64,000 nt of DNA from Nitrospirota bacterium (GCA_963741205.1 CAVUHW010000015.1:128001-192000); one strand, 5' to 3'; numbered from the stretch's first letter, positions 1 to 10,223 are shown. Program-made: numbers and translations. The notes: a model not told the origin generated them from the sequence alone.

Positions 1-225
1 ATAGACCTACTTCCTTAATAATCAGCAGTGCCACCAATCTACCGGAGTCTTGTGAAGTTCAGGCGCAACTGCCGCGTTAGAAGCAATAAATGATCGAAAT
101 TGCTCGCGGAATGCCCAATATTGAGGCATTCCGAGGCTTTTCACCTGTATGGCCGCGCTCGTTTTAATTGGGATGATTCCGCCACGATGTGCGGCCGAAT
201 TCGCACACTCGCCATATAAGCATGA

Positions 226-423
226 GGGCACGTTCAGAGCCGAAGAGGCAATTTAAGAGAGGTCTTCGCGGGACAGCGCCAGCTGCTGCGGTCGCATCTC
301 TATTTATTCTGCTTCGTTGGCGGCAAGTGGGTGATCAAGTATCGTTTCACACACCCCAGATTTTTAGATGCAACGAACGAAATCGATGAGTTCATGAGGG
401 ACTTATCATGGACTTTTATTTGA
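226..423 (+). pseudogene. Probable 3' end of a degraded or frameshifted hypothetical gene at the window edge
   Basis: Stop-free frame +1 from 226 to TGA 421-423 reads ...EVFAGQRQLLRSHLYLFCFVGGKWVIKYRFTHPRFLDATNEIDEFMRDLSWTFI*; protein-like, ends 4 nt before panE; no usable upstream start. Confidence 0.3.
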
Positions 424-427
424 TTCT

Positions 428-1393
428 ATGAATACATCTCCTTCCTACACCATTCTCATCACCGGCCTCGGCGCGCTGGGCACCGTGTTCGCGACGCTCA
501 TGAAGAAGGCGGGCCACAGGGTCTTCGCCCTCGCGAGGGAGAACTGCCGCTGCGCGGTTGCGGACGGGCAGCTCCGGGTCACGGGCATCTGGGGAGAGCA
601 CGAGGCAAGGCTTGACGGCATTTACAGCGACGTTGATCCGCTTAAAAAAGAAAAGTTCGACCTGATCATCCTGACGGTCAAGTCCTACGACACGGAAGCG
701 GCCGTCAGGCAGGTCGCGCCGCTCGCGGGCAGGGACACCCTGGTGATCACGGCCCAGAACGGATACGGTAATTACGAGCTCGTGTGCGACGCTGTCGGGA
801 AAGAGCGTGCGCTCCTGGCCAGGATCATTTTCGGCGCGAAACTGCATTCGGCCGGCAGGGCCGAGGTCACGGTCATTGCAGACGACGTCCGCATCGGACA
901 ACCGCACGGCGCGGTTCCCCGCGAGCGGATCGAGGATATTGCAGAGGCGTTCCGGGCCGCGGGCATCCCGACCGCGTACGCCGGAAACGTGGAGGCTATC
1001 CTGTGGGACAAGATCCTCTACAACTGCGCGCTCAACCCTCTGGGAGCAGTCCTCGAGTGTACGTACGGGCAGCTCGCGGAGAACGCCGAAACGCGGCGGA
1101 TCATGGACGCCGTCATCGATGAAATCTTCCAGGTCGCCCGGGCGCACGGGATAACCCTGAACTGGGCCTCGCCGGAAACGTACCGGGAGCATTTCTATAC
1201 CCGTCTCATCCCGCCCACGGCTGCCCACTTTCCCTCGATGTATTACGACGTCAAGTGTTGCAAGCGGCTAGAAATCGATGCGATGAACGGATCTATCGTA
1301 CGGCTCGCGCGGGAAAAGGGGATTTCCGTACCCGTGAACGAGACTATTACAAGCATCATCAAGGCGAAAGAGGCGCTGGCGCGGCATTCGTGA
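428..1393 (+). CDS. panE: 2-dehydropantoate 2-reductase (ketopantoate reductase, ApbA/PanE family)
   Basis: GLGALG Rossmann motif, VKSYDT, QNG, WDKILYNCALNPL, SMYYD...LEIDAMNG. Confidence 0.9.
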   Translation: MNTSPSYTILITGLGALGTVFATLMKKAGHRVFALARENCRCAVADGQLRVTGIWGEHEARLDGIYSDVDPLKKEKFDLIILTVKSYDTEAAVRQVAPLAGRDTLVITAQNGYGNYELVCDAVGKERALLARIIFGAKLHSAGRAEVTVIADDVRIGQPHGAVPRERIEDIAEAFRAAGIPTAYAGNVEAILWDKILYNCALNPLGAVLECTYGQLAENAETRRIMDAVIDEIFQVARAHGITLNWASPETYREHFYTRLIPPTAAHFPSMYYDVKCCKRLEIDAMNGSIVRLAREKGISVPVNETITSIIKAKEALARHS

Positions 1394-1414
1394 CCCGGTT
1401 TTACGATTCCCGGC

Positions 1415-1868
1415 CCGGACAAGCCCCGATGAAATCGGGGCAGGCCGGCAGAGTCCCGCAACGCGGGAAACCAAAACCTTGGAAACCGCAAAGACGCAAA
1501 GTTCGCAAAGAAGGGCACGGCTTACTTCTGATTTTAAAACCCAAGAATTGAAGCTTTTGTTTTAGTCAGGTTTTCCTCTGCGCCCTCTGCGTCTTTGCGA
1601 GAAAATTTCTTGCCATTTTGAGTAGAATTTGATTCCTTGGTTACTAATGCGAACGAAATAAATAATGTTACATCCCGGCAAGTCCCCCCTCACCCAACCC
1701 TCTCCCCTCTAGGGAGAGGACAAAGGAGAGGGGCAAAGCAGGAACGAATCTGAATGCGTTTGTATTAATCCGGACAAACTGGAATAAAAAAACTTCAACA
1801 GGATTACAGGATAAAATCCGATGAAAGCATTTCATCTTGAAAATCCCGTCAATTCTGATATTCTGTCA
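1415..1868. repeat. Cluster of nested palindromic/REP- or MITE-like elements
   Basis: gccccgat-gaa-atcggggc hairpin; cgcaaag tandem arm (1487-1510) and its inverted arm (1576-1599); imperfect terminal IR taatgcgaacg (1645-1655)/cgtttgtatta (1757-1767) around a cccctc...gagggg hairpin; acaggatt tandem at 1798-1812 with degenerate inverted arm. Confidence 0.65.
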
Positions 1869-1945
1869 CAAAGGTCCGGATTTTTCTCAGTCCTTTTTGC
1901 GCAGAATCCGGGTCCTTGTTCACTTGCTTGCCAGCCGGAGGGTTT

Positions 1946-2392
1946 ATGGACGAGTTCATGGCAGCCGCGATGGCGGAGGCCGCGGCCGGGAAGGCGGAGG
2001 GCGGCATCCCGACCGGTTCGGTGCTGGTGTACGGCGGCCAGATCATCGGGCGCGGACATAACCGGCGCGTGCAGAAGGAAAGCGCCATCCTGCACGCCGT
2101 GATGGACGTGCTCGAAAACGCGGGACGGCTGTCGCCTGCGATCTACCGCGCCTCGACCATCTATACGACCCTGTCGCCCTGCGTCATGTGCGCCGGGGCG
2201 ATCCTCCTCTTCGGCATCCCGCGCGTGGTCATCGGGGAGAACCTGTCGTTCAAGGGAGAAGCGGACCTGCTCAAAAGCCGCGGCGTCAAGGTCGAGGTGC
2301 TGCAGGAGCCGCAATGCATGATGCGCATGATGCAGTTCATCCAGGCGGAGCCGGAGCTCTGGTCCGAAGACATCGGCGAGGAGCGGCCGTAA
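1946..2392 (+). CDS. Cytosine/nucleoside deaminase (FCY1-like Zn deaminase fold); catalytic Glu reads as Val
   Basis: EGGIP, GRGHNRRVQ, SPCVMC, WSEDIGE; HAV in place of HAE; SD ggagg before ATG 1946. Confidence 0.85.
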   Translation: MDEFMAAAMAEAAAGKAEGGIPTGSVLVYGGQIIGRGHNRRVQKESAILHAVMDVLENAGRLSPAIYRASTIYTTLSPCVMCAGAILLFGIPRVVIGENLSFKGEADLLKSRGVKVEVLQEPQCMMRMMQFIQAEPELWSEDIGEERP

Positions 2393-2471
2393 GAAGAGAA
2401 GCGGAAAGCATGCCCGCCTTGTTCTGCTTTTTACGACTTCAGTAATTTTGTTGCTCAGAAAAGGAGGGGCT

Positions 2472-2621
2472 ATGCAACAGGACAAACATACGCCGTCCGA
2501 ACCTGAGGAGCCCGGGGAAGGGGAGGGTCATTCTCTTCTGAACATCGGGAAAACCGTGCTCCTCGTCGTGGTCCTGGTCGCAGCGTGGTACATTCTGGAG
2601 TGGCTGATGGGCGGCAAGTAG
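2472..2621 (+). CDS. Small single-pass membrane protein, 49 aa (not in ORF track)
   Basis: SD aaggagg then MQQDKHTPSEPEEPGEGEGHSLLNIGKTVLLVVVLVAAWYILEWLMGGK*. Confidence 0.6.
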   Translation: MQQDKHTPSEPEEPGEGEGHSLLNIGKTVLLVVVLVAAWYILEWLMGGK

Positions 2622-2648
2622 GAACATGCCGGAGAAGGTCCTGATACG

Positions 2649-3044
2649 ATGTCCAACCTCATTGAAGAATTAAAAAGAGAACACAAGATTATCCTCGATA
2701 TTCTCAGCCAGGTTAGAACTCTGGGAATTTCGTCGAAGTCCGGGCAGGAAAAACTCATTTCAGCGCGAGACCTGTTGATGGCCCATATGGAGAAAGAGGA
2801 TGAACAGTATTATCCCGAGCTGCGAAGGGCGGCAGAGCACAACAGGGATCTGAAGAGAATGTTGGATTACTTCATAAACGACATGGATGCGGTCAGCAAA
2901 AAGGCGGTTCATCTCTTCGACAAGTATGCGTACGGCGGGGATGAAGCTGAATTTGCCGGCGAGATCAAGATGCTTTATATGACGCTGAAAGACAGGATCC
3001 GGATAGAGGAAGAAACTCTTTTTGAGAAATTCAATGCGATCTGA
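2649..3044 (+). CDS. Hemerythrin-like (HHE) domain protein
   Basis: LKREH, AHMEKEDEQYYP, RIRIEEETLF helical motifs. Confidence 0.75.
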   Translation: MSNLIEELKREHKIILDILSQVRTLGISSKSGQEKLISARDLLMAHMEKEDEQYYPELRRAAEHNRDLKRMLDYFINDMDAVSKKAVHLFDKYAYGGDEAEFAGEIKMLYMTLKDRIRIEEETLFEKFNAI

Positions 3045-3160
3045 ATTCCCGGGGCCTCTTCAAGCGGTTTGAATAATAATCGAGGACGCGGAAAACCGGG
3101 CGCACACCGGAGAAAAAAATATCCAACGGAATTTCCCCAAATTTATCAGGAGGCCTCTAC

Positions 3161-3595
3161 ATGAATAAGCCGTCCCGCATTGTTCCTTTCATCTTTGGAT
3201 TGGTACTGGGTATCCTGGCCACGATCTTTCTCCCCAACTATGCCCGGCCCTACATCCCCGAATGGCTCATGGGAAAAGAAACCGTGGTCAAAGGTATTGT
3301 TGCGGCAAAGCAGAAGAAGGAGAACGCTCTTCTTTTGACTGTAAATACGCCCGAAGGCGCGCTCTTGGCCGCCTTCAGGAAGAAGGTCGACGAGATCAGC
3401 CTTCTGGTCAACGAAAAAGACGTGATCGAATTTACCCTGCCGAAGTACACGCCCTTCATCGACGACCCGAAGATCATACGGATTGTAAAAGAACAGCAGG
3501 CAGCTCCTGTGCCGCCCCCTGCCATCCAGCCTGCGGAGAAAAGTACGAAGGAAGTAAAACCCCAGCGGCAGGAGAAACCGCAGGACCGGAAGTAA
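3161..3595 (+). CDS. Hypothetical membrane-anchored protein
   Basis: SD caggagg; N-terminal TM helix; Pro/Lys-rich tail. Confidence 0.65.
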   Translation: MNKPSRIVPFIFGLVLGILATIFLPNYARPYIPEWLMGKETVVKGIVAAKQKKENALLLTVNTPEGALLAAFRKKVDEISLLVNEKDVIEFTLPKYTPFIDDPKIIRIVKEQQAAPVPPPAIQPAEKSTKEVKPQRQEKPQDRK

Positions 3596-3634
3596 GGAGA
3601 AGCCAAGCGATTTGAGCAGGCCGGCGAGACCCTC

Positions 3635-4780
3635 CTACGGATGGCGCTTTTCGCTGTCCGGTTTCGCGCCGGGCATGGTCAACGTCTCATCATAGCCGGT
3701 GATGCGGTTTTTGCCTGTCATTTTGGAACGGTAGAGCGCGACATCGGCTTCATGAATCAGTTCCGTGACGGTCTTTTGGTCCCCCCTGCGCATGGTCGAA
3801 ACCCCGAGGCTCACGGTCAGGACCTCCGACGGATGGGCCGCCTTCAGGCTAAAGGGGAACTCTTCGATCATTCGCCGCACGCGTTCCGCAACCTGCATGG
3901 CCGTATCGAAGCCCGTTTCACCCAGAAGGATCGAGAACTCCTCGCCGCCGTACCGGAAACACGTATCCGTGCTTACCGTCCTGAACGCGTCACGCAGGAG
4001 CGCCCCCAACTGGGCGAGAACCCTGCTTCCCTCCAGGTGGCCATAGCGGTCATTGACACGTTTGAAGTCGTCGATATCGATCATGATGAAAGAAAACACC
4101 CTTCCCGTACGGACCTGTCTGGCGGCCTCTTCGTCGAGCTTCTCCAGAAGCAGGCGGTAGTTGTACAGGCCGGTCAGCTCGTCCTTGCGCGCGAGCTCGA
4201 TCGTTTTTCTCAAGAGCTCCGCCTTCTCGAGGCCGGCGGCGATCGTGTACGACAGCATCCGCAGGATGTCAAGGTCTTCCACGCGGAACGAACCCGGTTT
4301 ACCGCGGCTGAAACCCATGACCCCGACTACGCGGTCGTCGTTCTGGAGTGGTATGCCGATATAACTGCCCGGTTTTTTCGGATCGTCGGGATGATGGATA
4401 AAACTCTCATAGAACATGACGTCGTTCAACAGGAGCGGCTCGCCGTTTGCCGCGATCCAGCCAGGCGCGCCGTTGTCGAAATAGATTGGATGGGACATCT
4501 TGTCCTGCAGCAGGGAACTGGAAAAATAGACCGGCATCAGGCCTGTAAGGTCTTCCTTGACGACATAGACCGATGCTTCATCAAAGCCGACCGTCTTGAG
4601 GATGGAGGAGATGATCTTCTGGATAAGCTCCGAGGGTTCCAGCCTTGAAGCGATGATCCTTCCCACTTCGCAGAACAGATGGATCTCGGCAAGCTTGCTA
4701 TGGAAGAAGAGCTTGAGATCGCGGGCAGGAACGGCTGGGGGAGCCGTTTCCTTCTCGTCGGCAGTTGCTTTCGCCATCAT
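3635..4780 (-). CDS. GAF-domain sensor diguanylate cyclase
   Basis: GAF domain, DELTGLYN, DIDDFKRVNDRYGH, RYGGEEF; SD gggagg before ATG 4780. Confidence 0.9.
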   Translation of the reverse strand: MMAKATADEKETAPPAVPARDLKLFFHSKLAEIHLFCEVGRIIASRLEPSELIQKIISSILKTVGFDEASVYVVKEDLTGLMPVYFSSSLLQDKMSHPIYFDNGAPGWIAANGEPLLLNDVMFYESFIHHPDDPKKPGSYIGIPLQNDDRVVGVMGFSRGKPGSFRVEDLDILRMLSYTIAAGLEKAELLRKTIELARKDELTGLYNYRLLLEKLDEEAARQVRTGRVFSFIMIDIDDFKRVNDRYGHLEGSRVLAQLGALLRDAFRTVSTDTCFRYGGEEFSILLGETGFDTAMQVAERVRRMIEEFPFSLKAAHPSEVLTVSLGVSTMRRGDQKTVTELIHEADVALYRSKMTGKNRITGYDETLTMPGAKPDSEKRHP

Positions 4781-4905
4781 CAGCCTCCCGGTTCGCAGAA
4801 ACTCATGTGAACACGTTTCAATCATACCATATAAATTAGATCAGCACAATTAAAAAGTGGCACGGAAAAAACCCGTGCCCCGGGACCTTCGAATATTTTC
4901 TCCCC

Positions 4906-4933
4906 TTGACAAACGATCTCGACCCTCTATAAT
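4906..4933 (+). promoter_or_regulatory. Sigma70-type promoter of the MFS gene
   Basis: TTGACA-N16-TATAAT, 9 nt upstream of the ATG. Confidence 0.65.
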
Positions 4934-4942
4934 TTCACGATC

Positions 4943-6467
4943 ATGTCTTCCGATCTTCATGAAACGACACCGCCTTCGCCCCGCGAGGTTCGGACCGTAT
5001 TCGCCGGTCTGATGCTGGCGCTCGCCCTGGCGTCGCTCGACCAGAACATCGTGGGTGTGGCCCTGCCGCGGATCGTCAGTGACCTGGGCGGTCTCCGTCA
5101 TCTCTCGTGGGTCGTTACGTCCTTTCTCGTGACGTCCACGGCCACGACGCCCCTCTACGGGAAACTCTCCGACATGTACGGCAGGAAACCGCTCTTTATC
5201 ATCGCAATCACAATCTTCCTCGCCGGCTCCTGCCTCTGCGGCCTGTCCCGCTCCATGACCGAGCTCGTGGTCTACCGGGGCATCCAGGGCCTGGGCGCGG
5301 GCGGCCTTATGGTGCTCGCCCAGACCACGATCGCGGACCTGGTGGCCCCCCGCGAGCGCGGCCGCTATCAGGGGCTCTTCGGTGCGGTCTTCGCATTCTC
5401 AAGCGTGGCCGGACCGCTTCTGGGAGGGTTCATCACGAGCGCCTTGTCGTGGCGCTGGATCTTCTACGTGAACGTGCCCGTGGGCATTCCGGCCCTGGCC
5501 ATGATCGCCTTCGGGTTCCACCGGCCCCATCACAAGGTCCCGCACCGCATCGATTATACGGCAGTCGCGCTCCTCACTTCTGCCACCGTGGCCCTGCTCC
5601 TGGTCCTCTCCTGGGGCGGCGTGCAGTACCCGTGGTCGTCCCCGCTCATTGTCGGGCTGGCCATGGCGTCCGTCGTGCTCACCGCCCTCCTCATCCGTAC
5701 GGAGCGGCGCTCCGCGGAGCCGGTGCTTTCGCCGCACATCTTCCACAACAGGACCGTGGTGATCGCTTCCGCCGTGATGGGGCTTGCCTTCATGGGGATC
5801 TTCGGCGCGTTCGTGTTCCTGCCCCTCTTCTTCCAGCTCGTCATGGGCATGGACCCGGCGAAGGCCGGGCTCATGCTCGCGCCCATGACCGGCGGAATGA
5901 TCGCGACGTCCTTTATCGGCGGCCGGCTCGTTTCCCGGACCGGCAGGTACAAAATATTCCCCGTCGTCGGCCTGGGCTGCGCCACGCTTTCCTTTATCGC
6001 CGTGATGTGGGCGGCTGCGGCGAACGGCGGCATGGGCGTGATCGAAGCAGCGCTCATCGTCCTCGGCTGCGGCTTCGGCCTGGTCATGCCCAATCTCGTC
6101 GTCGCCCTTCAAAACGCCGTGGGCAGCCGCGAGCTTGGCGCGGCAACAGCGACCGCGGCGTTCTTCAGGCAGCTCGGCGGCACCCTCGGCGTGGCCATGT
6201 CCGGCGCCATCATGACGGCCCGGCTTCAGGGCCTGCACGCGGAAAACTGGACCGGCCCGCTCAAGGGCGGCCGTGCGCTCATGGACCGCGGGATCCAGGA
6301 GATCGCGGCAGCTTCCCGCTGCCCAGCGGGAGATCGTGACCGGGGCCTACCGCCACGCGATCAGCACCACGTTTCTTGTCGGCGCCGTCATCACGGCCCT
6401 GGCCTTCGCGGTCGTGCTCTTCCTCCCCGAGCATCCGCTGAAATCCGGACATTCAGGCGATTCCTGA
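4943..6467 (+). CDS. DHA2 (EmrB/QacA-like, MDR) MFS transporter; one frameshift near 6308
   Basis: SLDQNIV, YGKLSDMYGRK, RGIQGLGAGG, WRWIFYVNVP; natural C-terminus (QLPAAQREIV...FLPEHPLKS) lies in ORF 6273..6467. Confidence 0.88.
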
Positions 6468-6545
6468 GGCCCCGGGTCCGGTTTTGCGGCTTGACATTGT
6501 TCACTCCGGGGAGTTACTGTTGGTTGGCCCAAGGAAGGAGTTTTT

Positions 6546-7187
6546 TTGACGACCATGCGATCGAACGGTCCGAAAAATAACCGCAAGAAGTCGTGGCCGC
6601 AGCATCGGCGCAGCAGCGTAGAGGTCGACGTTGAGTCGCTCCTGTCGCTGGAGAACCGCTGCAACGGCTGTGCGGGGGGCGAGCGGTGCTGCTGTTCGTC
6701 GTACGAGGTCTGCGTCACCACCGCCGAGCTGAAGAGGATCATCAAGGTCCTGCCCGAGGCGGCCAGGTTCTGCCCTCATCTGCTGACTACGCGGGGATAC
6801 GACAACGTGTTCGAGGAAGAGGAACCCGGGCTTTTTTCCATCGACACGACCGAGGACGGCCTTTGCCTCTTCGCCTACCGGTCCCATCACCGGATCCACT
6901 GCTCCCTGCATACTGTCGCCGTGACGCTCGGCCTTCCCCTGGCCGAGGTGAAGCCGAAGGTCTGCCTGCTCTGGCCCATGCACTTCTCGGAAGGCGATGA
7001 GGTCCTGGCCATGATCAACGATGCATTTCGGTTCACCTGCAACACCAAAAAAGCGCCGGGTTCCCGGAGTCTTTGCCCCGGCTTTGTAGAGGCGATCGAG
7101 TTGGTTTACGGTGAGGGCTGCGGGACCCAGGTGGAGAGCGCGGCGAAGAACGGGGAGCGGCGCACGCTGCTGATTGCGAGGCGGTGA
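6546..7187 (+). CDS. Cys-rich putative Fe-S/Zn protein (DUF3109/YkgJ-like)
   Basis: CNGC...CCC, CLF, CSLH, KPKVCLLWP; SD aggaaggag. Confidence 0.65.
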   Translation: MTTMRSNGPKNNRKKSWPQHRRSSVEVDVESLLSLENRCNGCAGGERCCCSSYEVCVTTAELKRIIKVLPEAARFCPHLLTTRGYDNVFEEEEPGLFSIDTTEDGLCLFAYRSHHRIHCSLHTVAVTLGLPLAEVKPKVCLLWPMHFSEGDEVLAMINDAFRFTCNTKKAPGSRSLCPGFVEAIELVYGEGCGTQVESAAKNGERRTLLIARR

Positions 7188-7417
7188 GCAGGATTGAGAC
7201 GGGTCCGGTCTCTGCGTGAACCATAAGAGGCCGGTTCCCGTACTTGTTATTTATGCTCGATTAAGTTATAGTCCCTTTACTTGTATCAGAACGCTGACAG
7301 TTCCCCCGCATGAATTGAAGCCTCCCGGAGCAAACTCCGGGAATCTTCGATTCTCAAGGTGAGAAAATTATCGTATTCGCTCACTGCGCTCACTCCAGAA
7401 TTCATGCTGAAAGCATC

Positions 7418-8431
7418 ATGCCGACACTCCGAAAGCCGATTCAGATCCGCGATCTTGTGATCGATCCGCCGCTTTTCCTGGCGCCCATGGCGGGCCTGAC
7501 CCACTCCGCCCTCCGCCAGGTCATGTCCGGCTTTGGCGGGATCGGTCTCCTGTCAACGGAGATGCTCTCGTCAAGGAGCCTGCCCGCTGAAAGTCCCCGG
7601 CTCTCTCCCTACCTGGTCCGGACTGCCGCGGAAAAGCCGCTTTCCTATCAGCTCCTGGTATCCGCGGCCAAAGAGATCGGCCCTGCCCTCGAGGCGCTTC
7701 ATAAACTCGAGGCCGATGCCGTTGATCTGAATCTGGGCTGCCCGGCTCCCACGGTCGCCAAACGTGGCGGGGGCATCAGTCTGATGGAACAGCCGGAGAA
7801 TGTCCGAAGCATCGTGGCCGAGGCGCGGAGACGCACTTCGCTTCCTCTTACGGCAAAGATCCGGCTCGGGACCGACCTGGACGAAGAGAAACTGGAGGGC
7901 TTTTGTTCCCTGCTCGAGGACGAGGGCATCGATATGCTCTCGATCCACGCACGGCTCAAGCATGAGTCCTTTGCCAGAAAGCCGCGATGGGAGCGCATTG
8001 CGGGAATAAAGAAGCGGCTCAAAATCCCCGTTATCGCCAACGGAGGAATCTTCTCGGTGCAGGATGCAAAAGACTGCCTGCGCCTATCGGGCGCCGACGG
8101 TCTCATGCTCGGCCGCGGTGCGGTAATCCGGCCCTGGCTCTTTGCCGGGATCGCCCGCGACGTGTATGGCTTCGCGGTCGCTGATCCGGCGGTGTCGCTG
8201 CCCGCTGTCTACGGGACGTTTATCGATCTTCTGAACGAGCATTTCCGGCCCGAGCACCGTCTGGGCAGGCTGAAGCAGTTCACCCCTTACTTTGCGAAAA
8301 ACTATCAATTCGGACACCACCTGGCGTCAAAGGTCCAGACCAGCATGAGCCTGGACGAAGCACGGGAAAGGGCCGTCATTTTCCTTGCATCACAGCAGGC
8401 CGTGAACACCTCAGGACCAGGTTGCTGTTGA
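7418..8431 (+). CDS. dus: tRNA-dihydrouridine synthase family protein
   Basis: LAPMAG, DLNLGCP, AKIRLG, IHAR, IANGGI, DGLMLGRG. Confidence 0.9.
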   Translation: MPTLRKPIQIRDLVIDPPLFLAPMAGLTHSALRQVMSGFGGIGLLSTEMLSSRSLPAESPRLSPYLVRTAAEKPLSYQLLVSAAKEIGPALEALHKLEADAVDLNLGCPAPTVAKRGGGISLMEQPENVRSIVAEARRRTSLPLTAKIRLGTDLDEEKLEGFCSLLEDEGIDMLSIHARLKHESFARKPRWERIAGIKKRLKIPVIANGGIFSVQDAKDCLRLSGADGLMLGRGAVIRPWLFAGIARDVYGFAVADPAVSLPAVYGTFIDLLNEHFRPEHRLGRLKQFTPYFAKNYQFGHHLASKVQTSMSLDEARERAVIFLASQQAVNTSGPGCC

Positions 8432-8509
8432 TATTCCGGCCTTCCATCATCCAAAGCATTTCTCCATCCTCAAGAGGACATCATTTCGCATAAGGTCAGC
8501 CGCGCCTTC

Positions 8510-9064
8510 CTACGCCGAACTTGACAGGAGCTCTGCGCCTGTCAGGTCTAAATGCACCGTGTCCGCTTCATCAGTCACCCATATCTGTTGCTCTTGTATG
8601 GTGAATTGCAGCTTCATGCCGCGCTTCGCCATCCCGGCAAGCGCAGACAGGGCAGGGGCAGGCAGCGCTGTCACGGTCAGGTTCCCGAAGCGTTCGAGGT
8701 TTTGACGGGTCTGGTCCCACCACGCATCGACGCCGTGGCCGCCGTACGTATAAATGAATACCCGGCCCGCGCGTCCGCACGCTTTGCGGATCCTTTTTTC
8801 ATCAGGCTGGCCCACATCGATCCAGACCCGGATTGCGCCCGTGAGGTCCCTTTGCCAGAGCGAAGGCTCATCCTCGTTTCCGATACTGTCGCCGAAGACC
8901 AGCGCCTCGTCGGCGTGCAGGGCAAAGGCCAAAAGCCGCGCCATCATGCGCTCGTCGTTCTCGGATGGATGGCGGGCGATGGTGAGGCTGTGATCATGAT
9001 AGTAGCCGCGGGACATGTCGGCTATCTGCAGCTCTGCCTTGAATATGGTCGATTTGAGAGCCAT
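8510..9064 (-). CDS. yaeQ: YaeQ family protein
   Basis: MALKSTIFKAEL, ARHPSENDERMM, EPSLW, WIDVGQPDEKRIRKAC. Confidence 0.92.
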   Translation of the reverse strand: MALKSTIFKAELQIADMSRGYYHDHSLTIARHPSENDERMMARLLAFALHADEALVFGDSIGNEDEPSLWQRDLTGAIRVWIDVGQPDEKRIRKACGRAGRVFIYTYGGHGVDAWWDQTRQNLERFGNLTVTALPAPALSALAGMAKRGMKLQFTIQEQQIWVTDEADTVHLDLTGAELLSSSA

Positions 9065-9157
9065 GGAGTCCTTTCACGAAACGGTTATAATTCCTTGGGC
9101 CGTTGAGAAGCCGTATGAGAGTGCTGCCGGAAAATGCCGGAAGATGAAATATAACGC

Positions 9158-9186
9158 TTGACATTCCAGCGTGAAAAGTGCATTAT
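9158..9186 (+). promoter_or_regulatory. Sigma70-type promoter of the cold-shock gene (~110-nt leader)
   Basis: TTGACA-N17-CATTAT. Confidence 0.6.
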
Positions 9187-9300
9187 GATTAAAGAAGTTC
9201 CGGATGTTCTTGTAGGGAAACCGCAAAGACAGATAGACTTTGCGGTATTTTTTTTGTCCTTTTCCGTCGCTTCAATTTCATAAGAAGGAGGTAGCTCATC

Positions 9301-9501
9301 ATGGAGACAGGTACTGTAAAGTGGTTCAATGATGCCAAAGGTTTCGGCTTCATTACCCGTGAAAAAGGCGGCGATGTGTTCGTTCATTTCGGCGACATTC
9401 AGGACAGCGGCTTCAAGTCGTTGGCTGAAGGCCAGCAAGTGCAGTTCGACGTTGTCGACTCACCCAAGGGCCCCAAGGCATCCAATGTCGTAAAGCTCTA
9501 A
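9301..9501 (+). CDS. cspA: Cold-shock protein
   Basis: [28 protein letters not shown]; SD aaggaggt. Confidence 0.97.
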   Translation: METGTVKWFNDAKGFGFITREKGGDVFVHFGDIQDSGFKSLAEGQQVQFDVVDSPKGPKASNVVKL

Positions 9502-9520
9502 GCAAAAGCTTAATCCTTTG

Positions 9521-9554
9521 AAACTGGCTCTGATTATTCAGCGCCAGTTTTTTT
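9521..9554 (+). terminator. Intrinsic terminator after csp
   Basis: aaactggc...gccagttt stem followed by a U-tract. Confidence 0.7.
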
Positions 9555-9767
9555 ATTTTTTCCCGCTGTCCTTCTATCCGGAAACATCCGCCGCCCTCAG
9601 CGGCTTTTTTCTTTCTCTTTCGACAAACACCTGTTGCTATTCCGTCGGTAAAGTGCGATTATATTGTATAGTTGGTCGCAAGGATTGAACCAGGTAAAGC
9701 CACAAGGCTCGGCGTCTTTGTGGCTTTTGTATTTTTATTTCAACGAAGGCGATTCCGGAGGAGAGCG

Positions 9768-10148
9768 ATGCGCTACAGACAGAACTATAAGGAAAAGCTG
9801 CGACAGGATATGGCCGCCAAGGTCGCTTCCGGCCTGGTATCAGAGCATTATACGGGGGTTTCGAACATCGAACTCCGCATGACCTACTACCACCGCAGCC
9901 TGAACCCGGTTCTCATGGAGCGTACGCTCAGTTTTTTACCTGCCAGCTACGCGATTTTTCACCTGAAATGCATGCATGATGGGTGCGCGGACGGCGGCTA
10001 CGATCTTGCTCCGGTCGTTGCAGCAATGGTGAAAGCCGGCAAGAAGTCTACCAATGGAAAGATCTTTTGTCACGGAACGAATGATACCGTGGGCCATGCG
10101 AGTATCGCCTACGAAGTCAGCATTCGGTACCGCAGGCAGGTTGAATAG
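9768..10148 (+). CDS. Hypothetical protein, possible Zn-binding (C/H motifs)
   Basis: SD ggaggag, ATG 9768; KCMHDGC...FCHG. Confidence 0.7.
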   Translation: MRYRQNYKEKLRQDMAAKVASGLVSEHYTGVSNIELRMTYYHRSLNPVLMERTLSFLPASYAIFHLKCMHDGCADGGYDLAPVVAAMVKAGKKSTNGKIFCHGTNDTVGHASIAYEVSIRYRRQVE

Positions 10149-10223
10149 CGTTCTTCCCGATCTTGCATCCTCCTCGGCCCGGCAAAGATTGTTTGCAGTG
10201 CGTCGTAGGAAACCATAACGATG

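Noticed and set aside
6310-6580. Cys/Arg-rich C-terminal tail of the 545-aa MFS ORF
   Set aside because: Frameshift artefact; the true last TM helix is in another frame ending at 6467.
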